Assembly: GCA_027327085.1 (NCBI GenBank)
Contig: DAHWAT010000001.1
Span: forward strand, 3,867-67,866
Length of the DNA: 64,000 nt
Reading direction: 5' to 3'
DNA from: Candidatus Saccharimonadota bacterium
GTDB taxonomy: Bacteria > Patescibacteriota > Saccharimonadia > Saccharimonadales > UBA4665
Shown piece by piece: positions 34,430 to 44,755 of this stretch (its first letter is position 1; each line of letters starts with the position of its first letter). The position numbers and the translations under genes were made by a program. The notes beneath the pieces are model-generated. The model did no database searches, had not been told where the DNA came from, and was given only the letters and a program-made list of their open reading frames with translations.

Positions 34430-35335
34430 TTAGCCTAACCTTCTTCCTGCAAACTCTTCGCTACCAGCGGTTACTTCCAAAAACGCCTCTTCTAAAGATG
34501 CTCTCTGGTTAGCCAGCTCCAGAATTAAAATCTTATTTTCATAAGCTAATTTACCAATGGTGTCAGTTTTAGTCTTATAGACTTCCAGCCCTTTATCTTT
34601 CGGTTCAAAGGCAATTTTTTGCTCGTTTAATAGCCTTTTAAACTTATCTAGTTGATCTACTCTAACATAAACATGGCTAGCTACGTTTCCGGCAATAAAG
34701 TTCTTCATCGAAGTGTTAGCCAGCAGCTTACCCTTACCTATAACTACTACATTGTCAGCTAGTTGTGACATTTCGCTAAGCAAATGAGACGACACAAAAA
34801 CTCCATGGTCCTTATCGGCGTAGTTTTTTAAGAAATCTCTTAACCAAACGATACCTTCTGGATCAAGACCATTAGCCGGCTCGTCTAAAATTAAATACTT
34901 AGGGCTCGCTAAAAGAGCAGCAGCTAAACCTAAGCGTTGACTCATACCTAAAGAGAATTTAGCTGGGCCTTTTTTGGCTTCGCTGCTTAAACCAACTATT
35001 TCCAGAACTTCATCTACTCGACTCGTAGCGGTGCCGGCTTCAATTGCTAAAATTTTTAGATGTTGGCGAGCACTGCGAGTGGGGTGAAAAGCCTTAGCCT
35101 CTAACAGTATGCCTACCATATCCGATGGTTTGGTGTAAGCATGAAGTGGCTGGCCCTCATATAGTACACTGCCCTGTCCACTATTTAGCCCTAGCATCAT
35201 CCGCATAGTTGTCGATTTACCGGCACCATTAGGCCCTAAAAAGCCCGTCACTTTGCCTGGTTCAACATTGAAAGAAATATCATCAACAGCAAGTTTGTTT
35301 TTATAGGTTTTCGATAGTTTTTTAACCTCAATCAC
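34430..35335 (-). CDS. ABC transporter ATP-binding protein
   Basis: GPNGAGKSTT Walker A, LSLGMSQRL signature and LILDEPANGLD Walker B. Confidence 0.9.
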   Translation of the reverse strand: MIEVKKLSKTYKNKLAVDDISFNVEPGKVTGFLGPNGAGKSTTMRMMLGLNSGQGSVLYEGQPLHAYTKPSDMVGILLEAKAFHPTRSARQHLKILAIEAGTATSRVDEVLEIVGLSSEAKKGPAKFSLGMSQRLGLAAALLASPKYLILDEPANGLDPEGIVWLRDFLKNYADKDHGVFVSSHLLSEMSQLADNVVVIGKGKLLANTSMKNFIAGNVASHVYVRVDQLDKFKRLLNEQKIAFEPKDKGLEVYKTKTDTIGKLAYENKILILELANQRASLEEAFLEVTAGSEEFAGRRLG

Positions 35336-35374
35336 AGTCTAATTGTACGCTAGTATGACCGATATTACCTAGTC

Positions 35375-35925
35375 TTAGTAGCGGAAACAAGTTTTAAGAT
35401 GATCGTTCACCATTCCGCACGACTGCATAAAAGCATAACAAATTGTCGGTCCAATAAATTTAAAACCTCTTCTTTTTAAATCTTGGCTCAAGCGTATAGC
35501 TGTGGCGTCGAAACTAGGTACTTCTAAAACACTAGAAAAATGATGTTTAATCGTTTTATTATCGACAAATTGCCAAAAATAATTATCTAAGCTGCCAAAT
35601 TCTTCTTGTAGTTTGACTGCCAAACGCGCGTTATTGATAACCGATTCTATTTTTAGTCTATTACGAATTATGGCTTGGTTATTCATTAAGCTACCTATCT
35701 TATGTTCATCATAGTTAGCAATTTTATGAATATTAAAGTTATCAAAAGCAGCTCTATAGGCTTCGCGTCTTTTTAATATAGTTAACCAGTTAAGACCGGC
35801 TTGTGCCCCTTCTAAACAGAGTAATTCAAATAGTAAGCTATCACATGAACTGGGACTCCCCATTCCAGATCATGATAGCGAATATACAAATCGTCGTTTT
35901 TGGCCCATGGGCAACGTTGCTTCAT
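35375..35925 (-). pseudogene. tag: DNA-3-methyladenine glycosylase I (tag) interrupted by a 1-nt frameshift
   Basis: From the ATG at 35925 the frame reads MKQRCPWAKNDDLYIRYHDLEWGVPVH, then hits a stop. The track ORF (35375-35863) resumes in another frame with DSLLFELLCLEGAQAGLNW... Only GT (35843-35844) lies between CAT (His) and GAT (Asp). Confidence 0.75.
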
Positions 35926-35951
35926 CTAAACTACACTGCTTGAATAATCAA

Positions 35952-37613
35952 CTACATTGTATCAGGTGCTTCGATACCAAGTAGACTTAGACCTTTTTTT
36001 AGGGTGTCGGCATATACTTTAACTAGACCTAATCTGGTAGCCTGTCTAGGGTCGTCAATTACTCTTGCTTTCTCATAAAAACGATTAAAGGTTTGGGCAA
36101 GCTCATATAGATAGGTGCAAATATGATGCGGCGATAAATCATGAATCGCTCGTTCAACAACCTCGTTATATTCTGTTAATTTACTGATTAAAGGTCGCTC
36201 CAAATCATCAAAGTTTGTTAAATTATTTTTCTCAAACGGCTCAGCTTTCCTTAAAATTGATCGGGCTCTAGCATGAGAATATTGAATGTAGGGACCGCTA
36301 TTGCCTTCTAGGCTAACCGATTCCTCTGGATCATAGATAATATCTCCACCAATACGATTTTTGGTAAAGGCATACTTAATTGCACCGAGAGTTATTCTTT
36401 TATCGTCTTTAGCGGTTGCTGCAAAATTAGCTTTATTGGCAGCATCAATAATATCACTAGCTTTGACAATGTTGCCTTTGCGACTGCTCATTTTTGAGCC
36501 ATGAGCTAGTTTAACTATACCGTGCGTTATATGAAGAGTCTTTTTGGGTAGATCTGGCATGAATAATTCAATGCTTTTAAGAACTACCTTCATATAATCA
36601 ATGATGTCGTTGGCGGTTATAATAATCGATAAGTCAAAGTGGTAATCTTGCCATTTTTTCATGATTAAGCCCACGTCTTTAGCTTCATAGGTTGGCAAGC
36701 CTTCAGAATTAATAAACACCCTAGTGTGTAAATTATATTTATCGCCATTAAATATCACTGCACCCTGACTCTCTTCGTAAACCTCACCTATATGTTGCTT
36801 TACTGTTAAAAGACCCAAGCTGGAGGTTTCGCTTTCTGGGTAAAACTTTTCAAACTCGATACCGATTTGGTTGTAAAAAGACCTGAAGTAATCATAGCTC
36901 CATTGCCTGGTCTCCCAGTAAATTTGAGCAAAGGCTGATTCATGATCGTTTTGGTCATGCAAACCATAGATTTTTTTATTGAACGCAATGATTTGTTGTT
37001 TTACTGCTGCATCTTCTTCATAAGCTTTATTGCCAGCCACATAAGCCTCACTCAACCATTTAGCTCGATCCGCCTGATTAACCGTACTAAGTTTTTCAGG
37101 ATACTCACCACCTAGTTTTTGCATAATGCCCCACATAGCTTTAGCTACATGTAAACCAACATCTCCACCAAAATTTACTCGGTGTACATCAGCACCAACC
37201 AGTTCTAGTAAATTGGCAATGGCATCCCCGATAATACTGGTATAAAGATGCCCGGCATGAAGTATTTTAAATGGATTAGGGTCAGAGTATTCTACGACTA
37301 TTAACTGGTTTTTTAGGCTAGTTGGCGGCTGAGTATTTATAGCTTTGATTAGAGCCTCGTCGGACAAACTTAAGTTAATAAAGCCCGGTCCAGCAATCGA
37401 TACTGTCTTAATTTCGCTTAATTTATTAATTTCCGGAGTTAATTGATCGGCTATTGCCTTAGGGCTTTGACCTATAACACCAGCTAATTTTAAGCAGACA
37501 TTAGTTGAATAATCACCAAATTTTTCATCAGTTCGATCAATCTCGACCTCTATTTTTTGGTTAAATAACTCATTACAAATATCGGCAATATGCTTTTCAA
37601 GTAAGGCTTTCAT
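35952..37613 (-). CDS. argS: arginine--tRNA ligase
   Basis: HAGHLYTSIIGD (HIGH) and KMSSRKG (KMSK-like). The N-terminal Arg-tRNA-synthetase domain and C-terminal DALR-type end are also present. Confidence 0.9.
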   Translation of the reverse strand: MKALLEKHIADICNELFNQKIEVEIDRTDEKFGDYSTNVCLKLAGVIGQSPKAIADQLTPEINKLSEIKTVSIAGPGFINLSLSDEALIKAINTQPPTSLKNQLIVVEYSDPNPFKILHAGHLYTSIIGDAIANLLELVGADVHRVNFGGDVGLHVAKAMWGIMQKLGGEYPEKLSTVNQADRAKWLSEAYVAGNKAYEEDAAVKQQIIAFNKKIYGLHDQNDHESAFAQIYWETRQWSYDYFRSFYNQIGIEFEKFYPESETSSLGLLTVKQHIGEVYEESQGAVIFNGDKYNLHTRVFINSEGLPTYEAKDVGLIMKKWQDYHFDLSIIITANDIIDYMKVVLKSIELFMPDLPKKTLHITHGIVKLAHGSKMSSRKGNIVKASDIIDAANKANFAATAKDDKRITLGAIKYAFTKNRIGGDIIYDPEESVSLEGNSGPYIQYSHARARSILRKAEPFEKNNLTNFDDLERPLISKLTEYNEVVERAIHDLSPHHICTYLYELAQTFNRFYEKARVIDDPRQATRLGLVKVYADTLKKGLSLLGIEAPDTM

Positions 37614-37627
37614 GATACTTATTCTAA

Positions 37628-39970
37628 CTAATTATCTTGTTCTACCCAAGAACCATGCCGAGTTGGCCACCAATTCCATTTGCCTAGTATGGTTACAAAT
37701 GACGGGACAATCAGAGTTCTAACCAAGAAAGTATCCATCAGTATACCAATGGCTAGGCCGAAACCTATTTCTCTAACCTCCTGGTTAGCTGCTCCAGTAG
37801 AAATTACTCCCAGCACAGCAAATGTACCGGCTAAAACTAAGCCAGCTGAGGTAACTGTTGTACTAGTCGTATTTAGTGCTTCAATAACAGCTTGCTTTAA
37901 GCTTTTAGAGTGAGCTTCTTCACGAATTCGAGTCATAACTAAGATGTTATAATCCTCGCCTAGTGCTAGTAGAAAGATAAACATCAGAAATGGCAGTATA
38001 AAGACTACGCCACTGTTATGTTGAATATGCATAAAAATTATAACTGACACACCTAAAGATGCTAGATAAGATAGTACTACTGAAACAACGAGATAAATTG
38101 GGGCTATGAGTGACCTCATCAAAAAGGCCAGTATTATGCCTATAACTACTACGGCAATAGGAATAACTCTTATTAAATCATGATTAGAAGCATAACTAAT
38201 GTCATAGAATGCTGAGGCCTTGCCATAAATACCACTATCGACTGTGCCAGCTTTTTTAGCAATGACAGCTATAGCATTTCTGATAGTCGGCGTAGCGTTC
38301 ATAGCAGCCGTTGAACTAGCATTACCAGCCGATAAACCAACCGAAAACTGAACAGTTTGACCATTAGAACTAATGTAGCCAGAAGTTGCTCTATATAGCT
38401 GATAAATTGTCGGTTTAATAAAGCTTAGATTTTTGGGCTGCTCGGCCGGTAGTCGCCAAGGTGAACCAATTTTAGTATATAAACTACTTATTAGGCTTGG
38501 GCTAAGACTAAACCCGTTTGGTCGGAGTGGCCCAGTAACATGATTGAATTCACTACTGCTATCCATCAAGCTGGTTAATCTTTCTAGCTTCTGCGGGTTT
38601 TGCCAGGCAGAATAATTTAACTTAAATAAAACTGCCGTTGGGTTAGATGACTCACTCGGGAAATGTTTATTAAGCAAGGCAGTACCCTTGGCCGAGTCAC
38701 TACCGCTTGGTGGAGTGCTGCCCCCACTAAAGCCGCTAGCTTTATAGCCAGGCGCGAAGGCTGCCAAAACGGCAAAGAATATTACCCCAATAATTAAAAC
38801 ATGTACTGGTTTTTGAACTACTCTAGCGCTAACCTTACCCCAAAAACCAATTCGTCGGCTTTTATGATTTTGCGGTTTAGTAGGCCAAAAAACCGCTTTC
38901 TTAAAGACTGCTAGTAAAGCCGGCAGCAAAGTCAGTCCAGCTAAAAGCATTAGTGCTACACCAATTGCTAGGGGTAAGCCTAAGTTTGAATAAATCTTGA
39001 AAGTTGCAAATAGTAGCGATAATAAAGCGACAATAACGGTTGCTGCTGAAAAAGTAATCGATTCACCAACCCGACTTAAGGCTTTAATTATGGCCTCATA
39101 ACTATCTAAGCCATTTTCTAATTCCTCTCTAACTCTAAAAATCAGGAATAGTCCATAATCTGTGCCTGCGCCTAGTATCAGCACTGTTAGCAAAAGTTGA
39201 GCTAGAGACGAAACTTGCAGACCGTGCTTGGCGGCTTCAGCAATTAATGGACCGGCTGCTGTTACTACCAAAAGGGGTGGTAACAAAGTTATTAGTGGCG
39301 CAAGTGGCGCCCTAAATATAACGATTAGAAGTATTATTATGAAAATAACAGTCCCGATCTTAAGTTCTGAGTTCTGCTGACCTGAGCTTTTGGAGTTATC
39401 TACTTGAGTTGCTAAATTGCCTGTTAAATGAGCTTGTAGATCTGCCGGTAAATTAGCTTGCTTGATAGCCTGCCTAAGATTATCAATAAAAGTAGCTGGG
39501 TCGCTTGAGACTTTGCCTGAGGCATCTATTTCGATTATTTCCGCCTGATTATCTACGGAACGCCCCCTATTGGTGACTTTTTCGACATATTGAATACTGC
39601 TGAAATGTTGTTGAAGATTGTCGATCAAGTTTTGATCTTTGACGCTCAAGCCACTATTATTGGCAAAAATAACCGGCACAACTACAACATCAGATGGCTG
39701 AAAAGCATTTTCTAATTTAAGAGCCTTTTCAGTTGGAGAACTGGAAGGTAAAAAATCGGTATTATTAGATTGAGTAACACTGCCCAGACTTGGTAAGTTA
39801 TTTACAATAACGGCTACACCGATTATCCAAACGACTATTACTAGCCACCGAAAACGAACCGAAAAACGGCCAATTCTTTCAAAAAGCTTAAAGCCTAAAG
39901 ACTCGAGGTTAGAATCTATTTTGTTTTTTTTCACTCGCATTATTATCTCTAAACAGCAAATATATTGCAA
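37628..39970 (-). CDS. MMPL/RND-superfamily membrane transporter
   Basis: Two 6-TM blocks separated by soluble loops, with GTDYGLFLIFRVREE and GEDYNILVMTRIREE motifs. The start is more likely the internal Met at 39940. Confidence 0.8.
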   Translation of the reverse strand: MQYICCLEIIMRVKKNKIDSNLESLGFKLFERIGRFSVRFRWLVIVVWIIGVAVIVNNLPSLGSVTQSNNTDFLPSSSPTEKALKLENAFQPSDVVVVPVIFANNSGLSVKDQNLIDNLQQHFSSIQYVEKVTNRGRSVDNQAEIIEIDASGKVSSDPATFIDNLRQAIKQANLPADLQAHLTGNLATQVDNSKSSGQQNSELKIGTVIFIIILLIVIFRAPLAPLITLLPPLLVVTAAGPLIAEAAKHGLQVSSLAQLLLTVLILGAGTDYGLFLIFRVREELENGLDSYEAIIKALSRVGESITFSAATVIVALLSLLFATFKIYSNLGLPLAIGVALMLLAGLTLLPALLAVFKKAVFWPTKPQNHKSRRIGFWGKVSARVVQKPVHVLIIGVIFFAVLAAFAPGYKASGFSGGSTPPSGSDSAKGTALLNKHFPSESSNPTAVLFKLNYSAWQNPQKLERLTSLMDSSSEFNHVTGPLRPNGFSLSPSLISSLYTKIGSPWRLPAEQPKNLSFIKPTIYQLYRATSGYISSNGQTVQFSVGLSAGNASSTAAMNATPTIRNAIAVIAKKAGTVDSGIYGKASAFYDISYASNHDLIRVIPIAVVVIGIILAFLMRSLIAPIYLVVSVVLSYLASLGVSVIIFMHIQHNSGVVFILPFLMFIFLLALGEDYNILVMTRIREEAHSKSLKQAVIEALNTTSTTVTSAGLVLAGTFAVLGVISTGAANQEVREIGFGLAIGILMDTFLVRTLIVPSFVTILGKWNWWPTRHGSWVEQDN

Positions 39971-40083
39971 GTTAAACTAAACCGATGCCATTTAGCCATA
40001 ATAAAAATTTAAAATTGTTTTCAATCGTTAATTAGATAAGGTATAAGTCGTCTATTAATAATTTATTGATCTACTTTTTGCTG

Positions 40084-40749
40084 TTAGTGTTCTTCATTAG
40101 AATCTCCGACCTGAGGAATTGGTTGTTGTGGCTGAGTCGGTGTAATAACCTGAGGCTGGGGAACGTCTGGTTGAGTTATTTGTAAGGGTTGTTGAGCTAT
40201 AACGGGATTGGTAGGTGAAACTGGCATAGTTGGTTGAGAAGGTTTGATTATAGACGCATTTACATTTGGCTGATAAATAGGCTGGGGTTGGATGCCATTA
40301 GAGGGGTTTGAAGCTGGCGATAAATTAGCCGTAGGAGACACTCTCTGTTTTTTATTAATAAGGAAGGTAGCTAAAATTGTTATTAAAACCAGTAAGCCAT
40401 CTACAAAAATCCATAAAACTGAATACCCGCTTATGTCAAAATTTGATGATCCACCATGACTATTAGAGCCAACGCTTCTACTAAAATAAGCGCCAAAAGG
40501 AAAGCCCCTAAAAGTCGCACCTATGCTCACATAAGTGGCTAGATTAACAGATTGAGCTGCTTGAGCATTTGACCCTGGCGTGATGCTGCCGAGACTGCCA
40601 GAAAACGACATATTTTCACTAGCTATTTGCCAATGGCTAGGCGTAAGAGAGTCAATGGTATTAAGTTTAATGGTGTCTTTATACAAAGAAAAAGGTAAGA
40701 CATTAAGTACAATGAGTAAAAGTGGTATTAAATAAAGTAGTTTCTTCAT
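40084..40749 (-). CDS. membrane protein with P/Q-rich C-terminal tail, unknown function
   Basis: Signal/anchor sequence, a second TM helix, then the repetitive QPxxxxP tail. Confidence 0.45.
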   Translation of the reverse strand: MKKLLYLIPLLLIVLNVLPFSLYKDTIKLNTIDSLTPSHWQIASENMSFSGSLGSITPGSNAQAAQSVNLATYVSIGATFRGFPFGAYFSRSVGSNSHGGSSNFDISGYSVLWIFVDGLLVLITILATFLINKKQRVSPTANLSPASNPSNGIQPQPIYQPNVNASIIKPSQPTMPVSPTNPVIAQQPLQITQPDVPQPQVITPTQPQQPIPQVGDSNEEH

Positions 40750-40752
40750 GGC

Positions 40753-41268
40753 TTAGTTTTGTGATGACACACTATTAATAACAGCTCCATTACTGGTTTG
40801 AATAGCTTTCAAGATGTAGTTCTGGCAAGTCTTACTCGCAGTTGTACAGCCAGAAGGTGTTGCGCTATAAACGTATTTCACGCCAGCTGGAGGAGTAAAG
40901 ATACTTGCAAGTTGTTGTCCGCTTTCGGTTACCCCATTACTGCTGATTTGGAAATTACCAGATTGGTTAATCAGTTGAGTTGGTGATAAATCACTGGGGT
41001 AGTAAGAATTATTGGAAAAATAGGATTGAAGCATAGTTTGGATCATGGATAAATTTGCTAAAGTCTCACCCTGTAGCTTTGACGAGACATTACTATTGGT
41101 AGATGAGCCAGAAGAGGATAATGATGCCCTTATTTGTGCCGCTGTAAGCTTGGGTGCAGATTTTTTAACGCTACTATCCATTAAAATGCCTGCAACAGAT
41201 GCTATCAGAAACACTACTACTAATAAACTAGTGATTAAAGGTAACAAGGAAGTAATTTTTTGTTTCAT
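40753..41268 (-). CDS. membrane-anchored secreted protein, unknown function
   Basis: N-terminal hydrophobic helix and an S-rich linker, with a 3-nt gap to the next gene. Confidence 0.45.
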   Translation of the reverse strand: MKQKITSLLPLITSLLVVVFLIASVAGILMDSSVKKSAPKLTAAQIRASLSSSGSSTNSNVSSKLQGETLANLSMIQTMLQSYFSNNSYYPSDLSPTQLINQSGNFQISSNGVTESGQQLASIFTPPAGVKYVYSATPSGCTTASKTCQNYILKAIQTSNGAVINSVSSQN

Positions 41269-41857
41269 ATTTATTGTTATTCAATATTATCCTAATAATA
41301 GCATACTGTTTATTTGCAGAAAACTTTACCTGCTTGGACCATGCCCAACGTACCAACCTACTATTTATAACAGCCTATCCTCTGCATTAGTAAGCCCTGA
41401 CTAACTGGTTTATAAGCTTAACCACTTCACGCTTAATACCTCTTGGCTCCGGAGTTATAAGCCAAAGGCTTACTGTAATTGTACATAAGCTTATCTTAGC
41501 CAAGAAATTTGCTTCTTAAGTAGACAAGTTGTGTTTAATAAGGTTCTTGTGGGTATTAACTGAATTTCGCCGTAATGTTATGGTAAGCAAGCAGTATGCT
41601 CATTCTTAGCATATACAAAAGAATGGTGTTAGAGTATTAAGCCTCGTATAGTAGTAACAGACACAAACAGTGACTATCGAATAATTTAACAGGGGATGTT
41701 GTTTAATTGGTAACCCCTTCAGTTGCCGCTTTCAACCACCCCAAAAGTGCAGCGTTACGGTTGCACACAACCTCTGAAGCATAACCTCTGCCAAGTCTAA
41801 TGCAGCAACTAGCCTACTGGGCTAGAGCCATATTGTATGTTGTCGACGTGCCTTGGT

Positions 41858-42832
41858 TTAGCTGTTTAGGGCCTCATGTAGTTTAGCTGCTTGAACCGCC
41901 ATCTCATGAAGTTCACTAGGTAACTGATTTACTGGTGCTGGAGCATTATCGCCCTTAATTTTATTCAATAAATCATTACCATAAGTTGCTATACCAACCA
42001 GACGATTAGCCGACAAGCTTGCCGATGCGGCAGCTATAGTCCGTGATGGTCTGTAGGTCCCACTAGTAACATGGACCAATGGGGAACTAAAATCACCACT
42101 AGCGTTAGTGACTTCGTTGACAATACTAATTACAGCAGCAGTCCCGGGTTGCCTGTCATATTTGCCCCCTTCTAAGTCCCTACGATTAATCTGCATAAGC
42201 ACAACGGGTGTACCGCTTATTTCACCAATAGCCTGGAATTGTCCAGATGGATCTTGAGAAACAGAATTATTATTATTTATATCATAGGCAGCGTTTAAGA
42301 CTATTGGCTCTGGATACTCAGTAAACCCAGGTAAAGCACGTGCTACATCACCAGCTACTTCATACTCAGTTCTTCCTACCCTTCCAAATAATCGTTGCGC
42401 ACTTGCAATCTCAGCTTCGTTTTTAAGCTCTCTATGCGGACTTGCACTTATTATAATAGATTTAGGCTGGGCAGACTCATCATCAACCACCATCCTTGCT
42501 TCGGCCAACATTTTATGAGGTTGTCCGCCCTCAATGATTGCTATAGCGCCAATAAAACCTTGTTCGCTCAAAGTAACATTCTCGGCTCTTCCAAAACCTA
42601 ATTCATTAGCTTTGGATAACAAAGCTGCCTTGCGATCATCGGTCAATTCAGGTATACCGGGACTTTCTGCTCGAACTTCTGTTGGCTTTGGGAACGCCTG
42701 TACAGGATCTGCATCAGGTGTCTCTGGGAAAGCTATAGCTACAGCTTCGCTTAATATACTTTCTGAATATGCCAATACTTGCTCTGCATATTGGCGTGGG
42801 GTTGGAGTTGTTTCGTAACCTTCTTTAGTCAT
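41858..42832 (-). CDS. hypothetical cytoplasmic protein (no motif recognised)
   Basis: 324-aa uninterrupted ORF with an RBS-like AAGGAAGGA upstream. It is divergent from the TrmB-like regulator. Confidence 0.5.
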   Translation of the reverse strand: MTKEGYETTPTPRQYAEQVLAYSESILSEAVAIAFPETPDADPVQAFPKPTEVRAESPGIPELTDDRKAALLSKANELGFGRAENVTLSEQGFIGAIAIIEGGQPHKMLAEARMVVDDESAQPKSIIISASPHRELKNEAEIASAQRLFGRVGRTEYEVAGDVARALPGFTEYPEPIVLNAAYDINNNNSVSQDPSGQFQAIGEISGTPVVLMQINRRDLEGGKYDRQPGTAAVISIVNEVTNASGDFSSPLVHVTSGTYRPSRTIAAASASLSANRLVGIATYGNDLLNKIKGDNAPAPVNQLPSELHEMAVQAAKLHEALNS

Positions 42833-42910
42833 AATAACGGTCCTTCCTTTATTGAAAACTTAACTAAATAAGATCTTATTATACATAATATATTAATATA
42901 GTCAATACAT

Positions 42911-42976
42911 TATTCACAAATAATACAAAGTTATAGGTGTAGAAATAATATTGTGAAATTGCTATTCACAAATAAT
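42911..42976. promoter_or_regulatory. repeated TATTCACAAATAAT boxes (candidate operator set) in divergent intergenic region
   Basis: A 14-nt direct repeat occurs at 42911-42924 and 42963-42976. TTGTGAA (42951-42957) forms an inverted repeat with TTCACAA of the second box. Confidence 0.45.
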
Positions 42977-42999
42977 TAAAAGTGTGGTAGTATACCTAT

Positions 43000-43791
43000 A
43001 TGGAAAAAACATTAATTGAAGCAGGACTTTCTAGATTACAGGCCCAAGTATATTTATATATGCTTGATAATGGTCCTGTTTCTCCGACTATTCTTACAAG
43101 TAATCTCAGCATAACGAGAACGAATGCGTATAAAGTGCTGGAATCGCTTGAAAAATTAGAGTTAGTAAAGCGTAGAACACAGAATAAAAAGGCTACCTAT
43201 TATCCTGAAAATCCAACTGCGCTAATCTCACTTATTGCTGAAAAACGAAACGACGTGATAGCTCTTGAGAAAAGTATCGATAAAGCAATGCGTACTCTTC
43301 AGAACAAGTACAGAAAGCAGAAAACAGACGTTTACGCAGAAGTATTGGTAGGGAAACAAGCCATTGTGGAGTCGTATAATAAGCAATCTCAACAGAGACA
43401 ACCAATATATTTTGTAAAAAGCAGATCCGATATACCTTTTATGGGGTTTGAGGTAATGGATGAAGTTCGACAAAGACAAGGCCAGCTTTCGACGGGTAGG
43501 TACGGCATAACTACCGACTCAGCCGAAGCCGCTAAAAATAAAGCCCTCGACAGAAGTACTAATTTAAGGAGGACTTGGATTAATGAAAATGATTATACCG
43601 TACCCATTGAGTGGTCGGTAAGTGGCGACATGTTAGTTATTCAAGTTTTTGAAGACGAAGGCAAAAGTGTAGTTATTAGAAGTGATTTAATTGCTAAATC
43701 GTTTATTCAGCTATGGCATTTAACAGATAAGGCATTGAGAAGCTCCATGGATTATAAAAAGCATCCTGTTAAGGCCTCAAGAGAAATTTAA
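43000..43791 (+). CDS. TrmB-family transcriptional regulator
   Basis: The N-terminal wHTH LIEAGLSRLQAQVYLYMLDNGPVSPTILTSNLSITRTNAYKVLESLEKLELVKR is typical of TrmB proteins. Confidence 0.7.
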   Translation: MEKTLIEAGLSRLQAQVYLYMLDNGPVSPTILTSNLSITRTNAYKVLESLEKLELVKRRTQNKKATYYPENPTALISLIAEKRNDVIALEKSIDKAMRTLQNKYRKQKTDVYAEVLVGKQAIVESYNKQSQQRQPIYFVKSRSDIPFMGFEVMDEVRQRQGQLSTGRYGITTDSAEAAKNKALDRSTNLRRTWINENDYTVPIEWSVSGDMLVIQVFEDEGKSVVIRSDLIAKSFIQLWHLTDKALRSSMDYKKHPVKASREI

Positions 43792-43960
43792 TAAGTTGGA
43801 TGTTTTCCAGACCCTGCTTATAGCCACCTCAAGAACGAGTTGCTTCACTGGCACTAGACATTTGACGCAACACCTCTACCATACCTAACATAGTAACTAC
43901 CGTACTTGCTTAGAAGTTTTAAAAACGTCGTCAATATACGACAAAGTTTGATACTATTTA

Positions 43961-44593
43961 ATGCAAATGGATGATTTAAATAATCAGACTGTAAAAGGCT
44001 ACGATAAGACAGTAGCAAAATACATAGATACATCTCCGCAGAAAGTAAATGGCCAACTTAAGGCCTGGATCAATAAAAACCTAAAACAAATCGATAAGAC
44101 AGCTAAAATCCTAGAGATTGGAAGCGGCTCTGGTAAGGATGCGGCTTACTTTGAATCACTAGGCTACAGGATGGAATTATCAGACGCCAGCCAAGGGTTC
44201 GTTGATTACCTGATAAAAAACGGTAAATCCGCTCGATTATTTAACGCTATTACCGATGAATTAGACGGTGACTATGACATGGTCTTTGCAGACGCAGTCT
44301 TTCTGCATTTTAATCCTGAACAACTAGAGAAAGTACTGCGCAAGGTTTTTAAAGCTCTAAAACCTAAAGGGCTCATAGTGTTCAGCTTGAAAGCTGGAAA
44401 TGGTGAAGAAGTGACAGACAGAAAGCTAGGTGTTAACCGTTACTTTTGTTATTGGCAAGCTGATGATATCAAAAAGCTTTTATTAAAAAATGGTTTTACC
44501 AACATTGAAATACAAACAATTGATGACTATAGGGGAAAAGATCGCCCAGATTGGCTATTAGTTAACGCCAACCGAGATAAAAACGATGTCTAG
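43961..44593 (+). CDS. class I SAM-dependent methyltransferase
   Basis: ILEIGSGSGKDAAYF (motif I) and VFADAVFLH (motif II region). Confidence 0.75.
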   Translation: MQMDDLNNQTVKGYDKTVAKYIDTSPQKVNGQLKAWINKNLKQIDKTAKILEIGSGSGKDAAYFESLGYRMELSDASQGFVDYLIKNGKSARLFNAITDELDGDYDMVFADAVFLHFNPEQLEKVLRKVFKALKPKGLIVFSLKAGNGEEVTDRKLGVNRYFCYWQADDIKKLLLKNGFTNIEIQTIDDYRGKDRPDWLLVNANRDKNDV

Positions 44594-44755
44594 TAGACCT
44601 CAAAGCTAGTCAAGGTAAGATATTTAAGTTGTATATATTTTGAGAATTGACCTAACTGGATTCTAACCAATTTTAAGAAGTAAATGCTCTAAATTAGCCA
44701 GAATCATTAAATATTTAGAACTGCACAAACAGGGGTTGTCGTTATAAAGTCTTGA

